DNA of 43,156 nt from Bacteroidota bacterium (GTDB taxonomy: Bacteria > Bacteroidota > Bacteroidia > Palsa-965). Shown piece after piece: positions 29,423 through 38,353 of this stretch. A program made the position numbers and the translations under genes. The notes beneath the pieces are model-generated. The model saw only the letters and a list, made by a program, of their open reading frames with translations. It had not been told where the DNA came from and searched no databases. How positions within the stretch are numbered: the first letter of the stretch is position 1; each line of letters begins with the position of its first letter. The stretch is from positions 1-43,156 of the forward strand of contig JBJOKQ010000003.1 of the NCBI GenBank assembly GCA_046046005.1, read 5' to 3'.

Positions 29423-29881
29423 TCACTGCTGGGATTTCAGCGCATCTTTAAAATAGCGAACGGGAACCCAAAGCATGCCGAAGCATTCTCCTTCTTCTTT
29501 ACCAAGATGCTTGTGATGCACTTTGTGCGCTTTGCGAATAGCACGCACATAGAAATTGCTGCTGCGTGTAAACAGTTTGATGCGCTGATGAATGATGATT
29601 TCATGCACCACGAAATATGCAAAACCGTAAGCGGTAATTCCGATTCCGATGAAGAGCATGTACCATTTCGCGGGATCATTCACACCGAACCAGATTAACG
29701 CCATTGCAGGAAGTGCGAAGATCACAAAGAACAAATCATTCTTTTCAAACACACCGTAACCCGGCTGATGATGATCTTCATGCAGTAACCATAAAAATCC
29801 GTGCATGACAAATTTATGCGTCAGCCATGTTACGCATTCCATGAGGATAAATGTTCCAAGTACGATGGCAAATCCTGTCAT
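29423..29881 (-). CDS. crtZ: Beta-carotene hydroxylase
   Basis: Start moved to ATG 29881 (ATGA overlap with idi). HKFVMHG, HEDHH, FEKND, HEIIIHQR, HKVHH, ECFGML. Confidence 0.92.
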   Translation of the reverse strand: MTGFAIVLGTFILMECVTWLTHKFVMHGFLWLLHEDHHQPGYGVFEKNDLFFVIFALPAMALIWFGVNDPAKWYMLFIGIGITAYGFAYFVVHEIIIHQRIKLFTRSSNFYVRAIRKAHKVHHKHLGKEEGECFGMLWVPVRYFKDALKSQQ

Positions 29882-30399
29882 GCTACGATGGTCTGCGGAG
29901 TAAGATTGGGATAAATCATGCGGAACCACACAGTGAACAACTCCGGATTATCCCGCAGTTCAAGAGCGATATCTTCTTCGCAAATGTATTCCCATGCTTC
30001 CACTTCATCAGGATTCGGTGCAGGCAAAGCATCGCTGATTCCTGTGAATACGTGATCGAACTCGTGCTCTGTCAAACCGTTCTCCAGTTCCGCTTTGTAT
30101 GTAAAATCGAATGCATGAACAAGATTGCATGTCATTCCCATTTCTTCCTGCAAACGGCGCATTGCTGCTTCACGCGCATCCTCGCCCGGACGCGGATGAC
30201 TGCAACAGGTGTTAGTCCACAAACCGGCAGAGTGATATTTTCCCGCTGCACGTTTGTGCATGAGCAATTCACCTTTGGAGTTGTAGATGAAAACAGAAAT
30301 GGCGCGATGAAGTTTCCCGGAGCGATGTGCTTCCATCTTCTCCATTACACCGGTTTCGTTGTTTTTTTCGTCAACAAGAACTACGTATTCGTTCTGCAT
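29878..30399 (-). CDS. idi: Isopentenyl-diphosphate delta-isomerase type 1
   Basis: LHRAISVF, WTNTCCSHP, RRLQEEMG, EHEFDHVF. Confidence 0.95.
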   Translation of the reverse strand: MQNEYVVLVDEKNNETGVMEKMEAHRSGKLHRAISVFIYNSKGELLMHKRAAGKYHSAGLWTNTCCSHPRPGEDAREAAMRRLQEEMGMTCNLVHAFDFTYKAELENGLTEHEFDHVFTGISDALPAPNPDEVEAWEYICEEDIALELRDNPELFTVWFRMIYPNLTPQTIVA

Positions 30400-30428
30400 G
30401 GCTGTGTAAGTTACGAATGATTAATGGA

Positions 30429-31265
30429 TCAGAACATGCGCATGCTATGACGGAAATAGGATGTGGCAAGCAATCCCATTTTACGGTAATTCGGAATACG
30501 CACGCGTTGCGTCATAATCTGCACAGGGCTTACAGAGCGGATTTTACTGAAAAGCTGACGATAGTACACGTAGGCTACATAAACACCGAAGCGAGAACTG
30601 GTCGGGAGTTTGCGAATGCCTTCGAGCGCAGCATCAAAGTCTGCTTCAATATCTTTTTCCACCTGAGCCTTCACGTCAGCATTGAATTGCGACATGTTTA
30701 CACCCGGGAAGTAAATTCTTCCAAGAACATGGTAATCGCTTTTCATGTCGCGGAGGAAATTCACCTTCTGGAATGCGGCACCTAAGCGCATTGCAGCCGG
30801 CTTCAGTTCGCGATACATCGCATCGTTGTTTTCAGTGAACACGCGAAGGCACATAAGGCCTACAACTTCAGCAGAGCCAACAATGTATTCTTTGTATGAA
30901 TCTTCAGAGTGGCGCGACTGATCGAGATCCATCTCCATACTCTTAAGAAACGTATCTATCAATTCCCATTCGATGTTGTACTTGTGTACCGTTGCCTGAA
31001 AACTATTCAGCACCGGGTTGAGACTGATTTTACGTTCGAGCGCTTTCACGGTTTCGCTGCGGAATTCCGCCATGAGCACTTCACGATCGTAGTCGAGAAA
31101 CGAATCCACAATTTCATCGGCGAAGCGCACAAAACCGTAGATGTTGTAAATCGGCTCGTGCAATCGCTCATTCAAACAGTAAATGCCAAGAGAGAAACTT
31201 GTACTGTAAGCTCTCGTGGTTTTTTTACTGATCTCAGAAGAAATCCGGTCAAACAATTGTTTCAT
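30429..31265 (-). CDS. crtB: Phytoene synthase
   Basis: Start moved to ATG 31265. YSTSFS, YGFVRFADEIVD, YIVGSAEVVGLMC, FQKVNFLRD, GRIYFP. Confidence 0.93.
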   Translation of the reverse strand: MKQLFDRISSEISKKTTRAYSTSFSLGIYCLNERLHEPIYNIYGFVRFADEIVDSFLDYDREVLMAEFRSETVKALERKISLNPVLNSFQATVHKYNIEWELIDTFLKSMEMDLDQSRHSEDSYKEYIVGSAEVVGLMCLRVFTENNDAMYRELKPAAMRLGAAFQKVNFLRDMKSDYHVLGRIYFPGVNMSQFNADVKAQVEKDIEADFDAALEGIRKLPTSSRFGVYVAYVYYRQLFSKIRSVSPVQIMTQRVRIPNYRKMGLLATSYFRHSMRMF

Positions 31266-32742
31266 GGTAGCGGGATTGTAATTGTTTATGAATTTCACTT
31301 GCGGCAATTTCTCCTGAAATCAATGCAGGAGGAATTCCCGGACCCGGAACGGTGAGCTGTCCGGCGTAAAACAGATTTTCAACTTTGCGGTTACGCAATG
31401 ATGGTTTCAACACTGCGGTTTGTGATAATGTATTTGCGAGTCCGTAAGCGTTGCCTCCGTAAGCATTGTAATCGTTAACGAAATCGCGGATGCAATAACT
31501 GCGATTGTAAACAATATCATTTACGAAGGAAGTACCTGTGAAGGATTCCATTCGTGAAATGATCATGTCGAAATACTTTTTGCGAGTTGCGTCGGAATCT
31601 TCGAGACCCGTTGCAACAGGAATCAATATGAAAAGATTTTCGGAACCGACAGGAGCAACAGAAGGGTCTGTTTTCGAAGGACAACACACATAAAAGAGCG
31701 GATTTTCAGGCCACTCCGGAGTTTGATATATTTCTCTTGCGTGCTGATCCAGATCTGCATCGAAAAATAAATTGTGGTGATGCAGTCGATCGATTTTCTT
31801 CGAAACGCCTAAGTAGAAAATCAAACACGAAGGAGCGAATACTTTATTCTTCCAATAAGTTTCGCTGTAATTGGCGAATTCCTTTCCGAGAAGAACCTGT
31901 TCTGTATGGTGATAATCTGCAGATGAGATGATGCCATCGGTTTTCAAATCCACACCGTTCACATTCAATGAAACTGCGCGCTTGTTACGCACATTAATGC
32001 GTTTCACTTCAGCATCTGTTTGAATTTCGACACCGAGTTCTTTCGCCAACGATGCCATTCCCTGAATGATGTTGTGCATGCCGCCCATAGGATACCATGT
32101 TCCCATGTCCAACGCAGCGTAATTCATCAATGTATAAAGTGCCGGAATCTGTTGCGGCATTGCTCCTAGAAACAGCACCGGAAATTCCATGAGTGCAATG
32201 AGTCGCGGATCTTTGAAATATCTGCGAACATAAGAACGCACGCTTTTGAATACGTGACTTCCTGCTACACCGCGCAGCACATCATAGTTCATGAACTCGA
32301 ACCAGGAATATGCCGGCTTGTAAACCAATTGCTGCATTCCCACTTCGTATTTGAACTTACCTTCTTTTAAAAACTTCTTCAGTTTTGTGCTGCTGCCCGG
32401 TTCAATCGACTCGAAAAGACTTTCGATGTCGTTCATTTCTGCGGGCACATCCACCACATCATTCTTCCCGAAAACCATTCTGAATCCCGGATCGAGTTTC
32501 ACCAATTGATAGTAATCAGAAGGTTTGCGATCGAAACGCGCGAAGAACTTCTCGAAAACATCCGGCATCCAATACCAACTCGGACCCATGTCAAAGCCGA
32601 AACCGTTATCCTCATAGAAACGGCAACGACCGCCGATCGTGCTGTTTTTTTCAAGCACGGTAACGGAGTGTCCTGCCTTTGCAGCAAAGCTGGCCGACGC
32701 CAATCCGGAAAAACCGCTTCCTATGATGGTGATTTTTGACAT
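31249..32742 (-). CDS. crtI: Phytoene desaturase
   Basis: FAD-binding IIGSGFSGL, FDMGPSWYWMPD, YNAYGGNAYGLANTL, GQLTVPGPGIPPALISG. Confidence 0.92.
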   Translation of the reverse strand: MSKITIIGSGFSGLASASFAAKAGHSVTVLEKNSTIGGRCRFYEDNGFGFDMGPSWYWMPDVFEKFFARFDRKPSDYYQLVKLDPGFRMVFGKNDVVDVPAEMNDIESLFESIEPGSSTKLKKFLKEGKFKYEVGMQQLVYKPAYSWFEFMNYDVLRGVAGSHVFKSVRSYVRRYFKDPRLIALMEFPVLFLGAMPQQIPALYTLMNYAALDMGTWYPMGGMHNIIQGMASLAKELGVEIQTDAEVKRINVRNKRAVSLNVNGVDLKTDGIISSADYHHTEQVLLGKEFANYSETYWKNKVFAPSCLIFYLGVSKKIDRLHHHNLFFDADLDQHAREIYQTPEWPENPLFYVCCPSKTDPSVAPVGSENLFILIPVATGLEDSDATRKKYFDMIISRMESFTGTSFVNDIVYNRSYCIRDFVNDYNAYGGNAYGLANTLSQTAVLKPSLRNRKVENLFYAGQLTVPGPGIPPALISGEIAASEIHKQLQSRYHETIV

Positions 32743-32781
32743 GATTAAAGATTAGACAGAATGTCTGTAGTATGTCGACTC

Positions 32782-33666
32782 TTATTGTTTAAGTATGGAC
32801 ACCAAAGAGTCAACAGAATTGCAAGGCAAAAGGTTCACTGTTTGTTTGATTTGGCGCAACATTTCATCGCGTCCTACAACAATGAGTTTCGCTTTCGGGG
32901 CGTCCTCAGCAAGTCGTCTGTATTCTTCAGGCAGATTGATTTTTTTCTTCTGCATGATATAGAATGTGACCAAATGTGTTGGCTTCACGTAAGGAAGCAT
33001 TTCGCGAATGTTGCTCAACGGAACGTTCTGTCCGAGATAAACAGTTCGCAAGCCTAAACTTCTTGCAATGTAATCGCTGAACACCAATCCGATTTCATGC
33101 CATTCGTCCGGAGGAAGGAATAAAAGAACATTCTTATCCGGAACGTGCGCCGGAGGCAAACCGTCAATCGCAGCAATCAGTTTGCGACGAATGATGCACG
33201 TTGCAAAATGCTCCTGCGTTGGCATAGCGGCATTGGTGCTCCACATTACGCCGGTCTTGTGCAGAAAAGGATACACCACATCAACCATTGTTGTGAATAT
33301 TCCGTAGCGTGTAATTACTGCCGATAAAACTTTTTCGAATTTAGTTTCATCATAAGTAAGCATCGCTGATGTCAGCTCAGTTACAAATGAAGCTTTCACT
33401 ACATCATCCGATTGCGCAGACTGCAGTGATGAAACCATTTCGTTAAGTTGGACCTCGGAATAAGATGCAACACGTGAAATTTTGTGTCCGAAATTGACCA
33501 GGGTCGAGATGTTGAGAAGCTTGCGTACCTGACTGTCATCGTAGTAACGAATGTTGGTCGCCGTTCGGAACGGCTCAATCAAGTTGTAGCGCTTTTCCCA
33601 GATGCGGATAGTGTGGGCTTTGATGCCCGTCATCTTCTCAAGATCGTTTATTTGATATCTGTTCAT
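32782..33666 (-). CDS. MerR-family B12-binding light-responsive regulator (CarH/LitR type)
   Basis: MerR HTH GIKAHTIRIWEKRY; W-x9-EH (WSTNAAMPTQEH); E-x-H-x-x-G (EWHEIG); YLGQNVP; heads the crt operon. Confidence 0.88.
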   Translation of the reverse strand: MNRYQINDLEKMTGIKAHTIRIWEKRYNLIEPFRTATNIRYYDDSQVRKLLNISTLVNFGHKISRVASYSEVQLNEMVSSLQSAQSDDVVKASFVTELTSAMLTYDETKFEKVLSAVITRYGIFTTMVDVVYPFLHKTGVMWSTNAAMPTQEHFATCIIRRKLIAAIDGLPPAHVPDKNVLLFLPPDEWHEIGLVFSDYIARSLGLRTVYLGQNVPLSNIREMLPYVKPTHLVTFYIMQKKKINLPEEYRRLAEDAPKAKLIVVGRDEMLRQIKQTVNLLPCNSVDSLVSILKQ

Positions 33667-33697
33667 TGTTTAACAAAGGTATAAAAAAATTAAACAA
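33666..33697 (-). promoter_or_regulatory. Promoter -7 element overlapped by putative CarH/LitR operator repeats
   Basis: CAAAGGTA at 33674-33681 is TACCTTTG on the minus strand. It is flanked by the palindrome TTGTTTAACAA (33666-33676) and TTAAACAA (33690-33697). Confidence 0.55.
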
Positions 33698-33955
33698 AAG
33701 GACGAATCCAATCCTGCTAAAACCCTTGGTTACGTTTAATTATTTGTTTGTCAGCACATTAAAATCGCAACAAACGGCAACTTTGTTCATGTTTACATGC
33801 GCACAGTTTCAGCAATTGTTCTGATTTCGACCGACTTCGAATTGAGGCCGGATATCACCTCTTCAATGTGACTTTTACTTAAAAAGCGCTTTATCCTTAT
33901 TAAGAAGTGGTCTTCATTAATAATGATCGTGAGTTTTATTTATCATTGAAGCCTT

Positions 33956-34516
33956 ATGAAACAAAAGTCATTGGTGATGGTTGCAGGATTTCGATTTCCT
34001 GTTCTTGTTGTAGCAGCTTTAATGCTCTTAGGTTTTGAGTCGTGTATCAGAGACGATGACGACAAAGCCTACGTGACACTTCGCAAAAAAGGGCCATGGA
34101 AAGTGGAGTCGCTGAAACTGTCGCGCTACGACAGCGCAACGCAGACCATTGTGGTTTGGGATACGACATTCTATAATCACGGCAAACTTGAATTTTTCAA
34201 AGGAAGCGGAGGTCACGGTGATTTTTCGAGTGACTGGTATTTCCCAGATGGAAGTGACAAAGTCGGAATCATTAATGCATTAAACGGTGAGGCAGGCGTA
34301 GATCTGTATCTGCGTATGATTCCTCAAATGGGATTGGCTCAGGTTGAGCACGGAAGCGGATATCTGGACAACAAGAAAGGATCGGAGCTGCGCATTTCCG
34401 GGGTAAAAGGATATTGGGAGCCCAGCATTTATACCGGATTCCATTATCCGTATGCGCCAACCATTACCCGCGCAGGATATTATTCATGCGACTGGCATTT
34501 GGTTGCAGAAGAATAA
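33956..34516 (+). CDS. Hypothetical lipoprotein
   Basis: Hydrophobic signal ending LLGFES-C, followed by acidic IRDDDDK; early GPW motif. Confidence 0.65.
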   Translation: MKQKSLVMVAGFRFPVLVVAALMLLGFESCIRDDDDKAYVTLRKKGPWKVESLKLSRYDSATQTIVVWDTTFYNHGKLEFFKGSGGHGDFSSDWYFPDGSDKVGIINALNGEAGVDLYLRMIPQMGLAQVEHGSGYLDNKKGSELRISGVKGYWEPSIYTGFHYPYAPTITRAGYYSCDWHLVAEE

Positions 34517-34534
34517 ATTTTGGCTGAAACGTAA

Positions 34535-36637
34535 TCAGCAGCGAACTCCGATAACGCAAATGTCATCAACCTGTTCCAGATTGCCGCGCCAATTTTCAAG
34601 CGCATCGGCGAGCAATTTGCGCTGCTCCGATGTGTTCTTTCTGCTGTTTGCAGTAAGCAGCTCTTTCAACGGACGATATTTGAATTTCTTTCCGCTCGGA
34701 CCGCCGAACTGATCTGCGAAGCCATCGGAAAATAAATAAATCATATCTCCTTTTTGTAATTGCACAGCGTGTGTTGTAAAAGGCCTGCGGTTTTCGTATT
34801 TGCCGATCGGTTGTTTATCCGGTTTAATTTCATTCAGGATCTCAACGCCGTTTGAATCAGACACAATCCAAAGCGGCAGATTAGCTCCGCTCCATTGCAG
34901 CGTACGCGTTTTCGCATTCCACGAACAAATCGAAATGTCCATGCCGTCATAAACCTGTTCCGAACTTCCCGAAAAGGTTTGTGTAACGAGATCCGCAACT
35001 TTATCAAGTAACTCACCGGTTGTGCGTATGTGCGAATCATGCAACGCACTGTTCAATGCATTACTGCAAACTACACTTACCAAAGCGCCGGGAACTCCAT
35101 GACCGGTGCAGTCTGCTGCGGCAAAAAACACATCGTCGCCCACAACTTCCATCCAATAAAAGTCACCGGCAACAATGTCTTTCGGCTTGTAGAGAATAAA
35201 GCTGTCGGGCAAGTGCGTTTTCCATTTTGCTTCCCAAGGCAAAATAGCTTCCTGCAGTCTTTTCGCGTATGCAATTGAACTCAGAATTTCGTTGTTCTTT
35301 TCTTCAATTACTTCTTTCTGCTTCAATGTGAAATCATGACTCTTTTTCTTGAGTACATAACTGCGATATGCAAAAAGTCCAAGTCCTATGGAAAGCAGCA
35401 AAACGATTCCGGTAAACAATAAAGCCATTTTATTTCTCCGACTTTCTTCGCGTGATTTCTCTTCCTCGCTTTTCAATTGCGACTCTCTGATGATCTGCGC
35501 TTCTTCTTCTTTCAAACGTTCTTCAAAACTTCTATAGATAATTCCATTCTGAATAATCGCCATGGAATCTTTCAAATCCGCATATCGCTTGTACAAGTGA
35601 TTCGCCGTTTTCATATCTCCCGCAGCTTCATAAATTCCTGCACCGGTGAGATACAATTGAGAAAGCAGAAAAACGAAATTGTACTTTCTGGCGGTATCGT
35701 AACACAATTCCCATTTCGCCTTTGCTTCTTCCAGCATTCCGAGGTCTTTGTACGCATCAGCCAACCCTCCTTGCAGATACATCGTCAATTCTACATTGCC
35801 GAACTTTTGGGCTTGTATCAGTCCTGTTTCAAATTCAGTTTTCGCTTCTTCCGGCTTCCCGAGTTTTAAAAAACAACTTCCCAATCCTTCATGGCCCGCC
35901 GCGCTCACCCAAGTCAGATTTATAGAATCGGAAAGATGAATCGCCCGTTCGTAATACCAAACCGCAGAATCAATTTGCTTCAGATCTTTGAAAGTATTTC
36001 CAAGGTTCAGATAATTGATTGCCTGATACCTTCTGAATTTCAAAGGAATATTCATTGCCAAAGCCTGCTTGTAAAATGTCAGCGCTTTTTCATAGTTCTT
36101 GTCGGAGTAATAAACATTGCCAATGTTATTCAGCGTAGCTGTGATGTACTTCTCCATTCCCGGTCTGCTCTGATCCATGTTCAGACTGCGGAGCATATAC
36201 ATAATGGCAAGCTGGTTTTGCTCAACGCCCTGATAGTACGATCCGAGATGCGAGTAGGTAGCGGATAATCTTACACTGTCATTCAGATCCCGAAAAATTG
36301 CTGCCGCTTCCAGATACAACTGCTCTGCCTCCTTGTTATCGCCTTTGAACTTCAATATCGTTGCATGATTATCCTTCGTTCTGGCGATGTCGAACTTCCG
36401 ACCGGACTGCTGCGCAATCTTAACCGCTTGCATACTGTAATCGAAACCAACAGCCAGTTCACTGTCTTTAAAATGAAGAGACAATTGAATCAGCGCGGAA
36501 ATTTTGGCAGAATCGGGTGATAAAGGATTGTTTGCTACCTGTTTCAACGAGTCAATTTTGGCTTGCGCAAAAAGAGCCGTCGACAAACAGAAGAAGAATA
36601 CAGTAAACCTGAGGTAGCGGGAAATCATGAAGTTCAA
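34535..36637 (-). CDS. Membrane sensor: TPR repeats, TM helix, SpoIIE/PP2C phosphatase
   Basis: TPR repeats (NNIGNVYY, NLGNTF); TM ALLFTGIVLLLSIGLGLFAY; AGDFYW, DCTGHG, DGMD, FSDGFADQF, QVDDI. Confidence 0.9.
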   Translation of the reverse strand: MNFMISRYLRFTVFFFCLSTALFAQAKIDSLKQVANNPLSPDSAKISALIQLSLHFKDSELAVGFDYSMQAVKIAQQSGRKFDIARTKDNHATILKFKGDNKEAEQLYLEAAAIFRDLNDSVRLSATYSHLGSYYQGVEQNQLAIMYMLRSLNMDQSRPGMEKYITATLNNIGNVYYSDKNYEKALTFYKQALAMNIPLKFRRYQAINYLNLGNTFKDLKQIDSAVWYYERAIHLSDSINLTWVSAAGHEGLGSCFLKLGKPEEAKTEFETGLIQAQKFGNVELTMYLQGGLADAYKDLGMLEEAKAKWELCYDTARKYNFVFLLSQLYLTGAGIYEAAGDMKTANHLYKRYADLKDSMAIIQNGIIYRSFEERLKEEEAQIIRESQLKSEEEKSREESRRNKMALLFTGIVLLLSIGLGLFAYRSYVLKKKSHDFTLKQKEVIEEKNNEILSSIAYAKRLQEAILPWEAKWKTHLPDSFILYKPKDIVAGDFYWMEVVGDDVFFAAADCTGHGVPGALVSVVCSNALNSALHDSHIRTTGELLDKVADLVTQTFSGSSEQVYDGMDISICSWNAKTRTLQWSGANLPLWIVSDSNGVEILNEIKPDKQPIGKYENRRPFTTHAVQLQKGDMIYLFSDGFADQFGGPSGKKFKYRPLKELLTANSRKNTSEQRKLLADALENWRGNLEQVDDICVIGVRC

Positions 36638-36732
36638 TTTTAAGGAATTTATTCGGCATAATGCAAATGCGTTGAAGTAAAAACATCACTAAACAGATGC
36701 AGATGATTTCTTCTTTGTACAATGAACTCCGT

Positions 36733-36740
36733 TATCTTTG
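36733..36740 (+). promoter_or_regulatory. Bacteroidota -7 element for glyQS
   Basis: TATCTTTG, 4 nt before ATG 36745. Confidence 0.55.
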
Positions 36741-36744
36741 TACC

Positions 36745-38319
36745 ATGTCACAGACTACAGAAAAAGCGAAGCAATTAACAGGAGAAGATAAGTTCAAGAA
36801 TATCGTTTCTCACTCGAAAGAATACGGATTCATTTTTCAATCCAGCGAAATTTATGAAAACGGTCTCAGCGCTGTTTACGATTACGGTCAATATGGCGCA
36901 GAGCTGAAGAAAAATATCCGCGAATATTGGTGGCGTGCGATGGTTCAACTGCACGACAACATTGTGGGAATTGATGCAGCTATTTTCATGCATCCTACAA
37001 CATGGAAAGCTTCCGGGCACGTTGATGCATTTAACGATCCGCTGATTGATAACCGCGACTCGAAAAAACGTTATCGTGCAGATGTGCTGGTGGAAGACGC
37101 CATGGCAAAGATCGAAGATAAAATCAACAAGGAAGTAGAGAAGGCAGCAAAGCGTTTCGGGGAAACTTTCGACGCGGCCATGTACAAGTCTACGAATCCT
37201 CGTGTGCTTGAATATCAGAACAAGATTGATGCAACTCTTGCACGTTTCAAAACGGCGCTGGAGAATAACAACATGGAAGAGCTGAAACAGATCATCATTG
37301 ATCTGGAAATTGCTTGTCCGATTTCAGGTACGCGCAACTGGACAGATGTGCGTCAGTTCAATCTGATGTTTTCAACGCAACTCGGTTCTGTTGCGGGTGA
37401 ATCCGATACTATTTATCTGCGTCCGGAAACTGCTCAGGGAATTTTTGTGAATTTCCTGAACGTGCAGAAAACCGGAAGAATGAAAATTCCGTTCGGTATT
37501 GCACAAACCGGTAAAGCATTCCGCAATGAAATTGTAGCGCGTCAGTTTATTTTCCGCATGCGCGAATTCGAACAGATGGAAATGCAGTTCTTCGTTCGTC
37601 CGGGAACTGAAAACGAATGGTATGAGAAATGGAAGCAGACGCGCATCAGCTGGCATCGCACACTTGGATTCCCTGAAGGGAAATACCGTTTCCACGATCA
37701 CATCAAACTTGCGCATTATGCAAAAGCGGCGTGCGATATTGAGTTTGAATTCCCGTTCGGATTCAAAGAGCTTGAAGGTATTCACTCGCGCAGCGATTTC
37801 GATTTGAAGCAGCACGAACAGTATTCAGGAAAGAAACTGCAATACTTCGATCCGGAATTGAATCAATCGTATGTTCCGTATGTAATCGAAACCTCAATCG
37901 GTCTCGATCGAATGTTCCTCGCAACAATGTCGCAGGCGTATCAGATTGAAACGCTGGAAGACGGATCAGAGCGTGTTGTGTTGAATCTGCCTCCGTTCCT
38001 CGCGCCGATTAAAGCAGCAATTCTTCCATTGGTAAACAAAGACGGTTTGCCTGAGAAAGCAGCCGAGATTGTGAATCTGCTGAAGTTTGATCACATCGTT
38101 ACATCAGAAGATAAAGACACAATCGGTAAACGTTATCGTCGTCAGGATGCAATCGGAACACCATATTGTATTACGGTTGATCATCAGACTTTGGAAGACA
38201 ATACTGTAACGATTCGCGAACGCGACTCGATGAAACAGGAACGTGTTCACATCAGCGAACTTGCTCGCATCATTGATGAGCGCGTGAGTATGACAGCTGC
38301 GTTGAAGAAGCTGCAGTAA
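36745..38319 (+). CDS. glyQS: Glycine--tRNA ligase, homodimeric (alpha2) type
   Basis: Start moved to ATG 36745. WKASGHVDAFNDP, FNLMF, LRPETAQGIF, FRNEI..RQFIFRMREFEQME, IETSIGLDR, IGKRYRRQDAIGTP. Confidence 0.96.
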   Translation: MSQTTEKAKQLTGEDKFKNIVSHSKEYGFIFQSSEIYENGLSAVYDYGQYGAELKKNIREYWWRAMVQLHDNIVGIDAAIFMHPTTWKASGHVDAFNDPLIDNRDSKKRYRADVLVEDAMAKIEDKINKEVEKAAKRFGETFDAAMYKSTNPRVLEYQNKIDATLARFKTALENNNMEELKQIIIDLEIACPISGTRNWTDVRQFNLMFSTQLGSVAGESDTIYLRPETAQGIFVNFLNVQKTGRMKIPFGIAQTGKAFRNEIVARQFIFRMREFEQMEMQFFVRPGTENEWYEKWKQTRISWHRTLGFPEGKYRFHDHIKLAHYAKAACDIEFEFPFGFKELEGIHSRSDFDLKQHEQYSGKKLQYFDPELNQSYVPYVIETSIGLDRMFLATMSQAYQIETLEDGSERVVLNLPPFLAPIKAAILPLVNKDGLPEKAAEIVNLLKFDHIVTSEDKDTIGKRYRRQDAIGTPYCITVDHQTLEDNTVTIRERDSMKQERVHISELARIIDERVSMTAALKKLQ

Positions 38320-38353
38320 TCACTACGTAATAGTTTTAATAGACTGAAGCCGC

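Noticed and set aside
37080-37300. Long helical insertion in glycine-tRNA ligase
   Set aside because: In frame, with no intein or homing-endonuclease motifs; consistent with the variable insertion region of homodimeric GlyRS.
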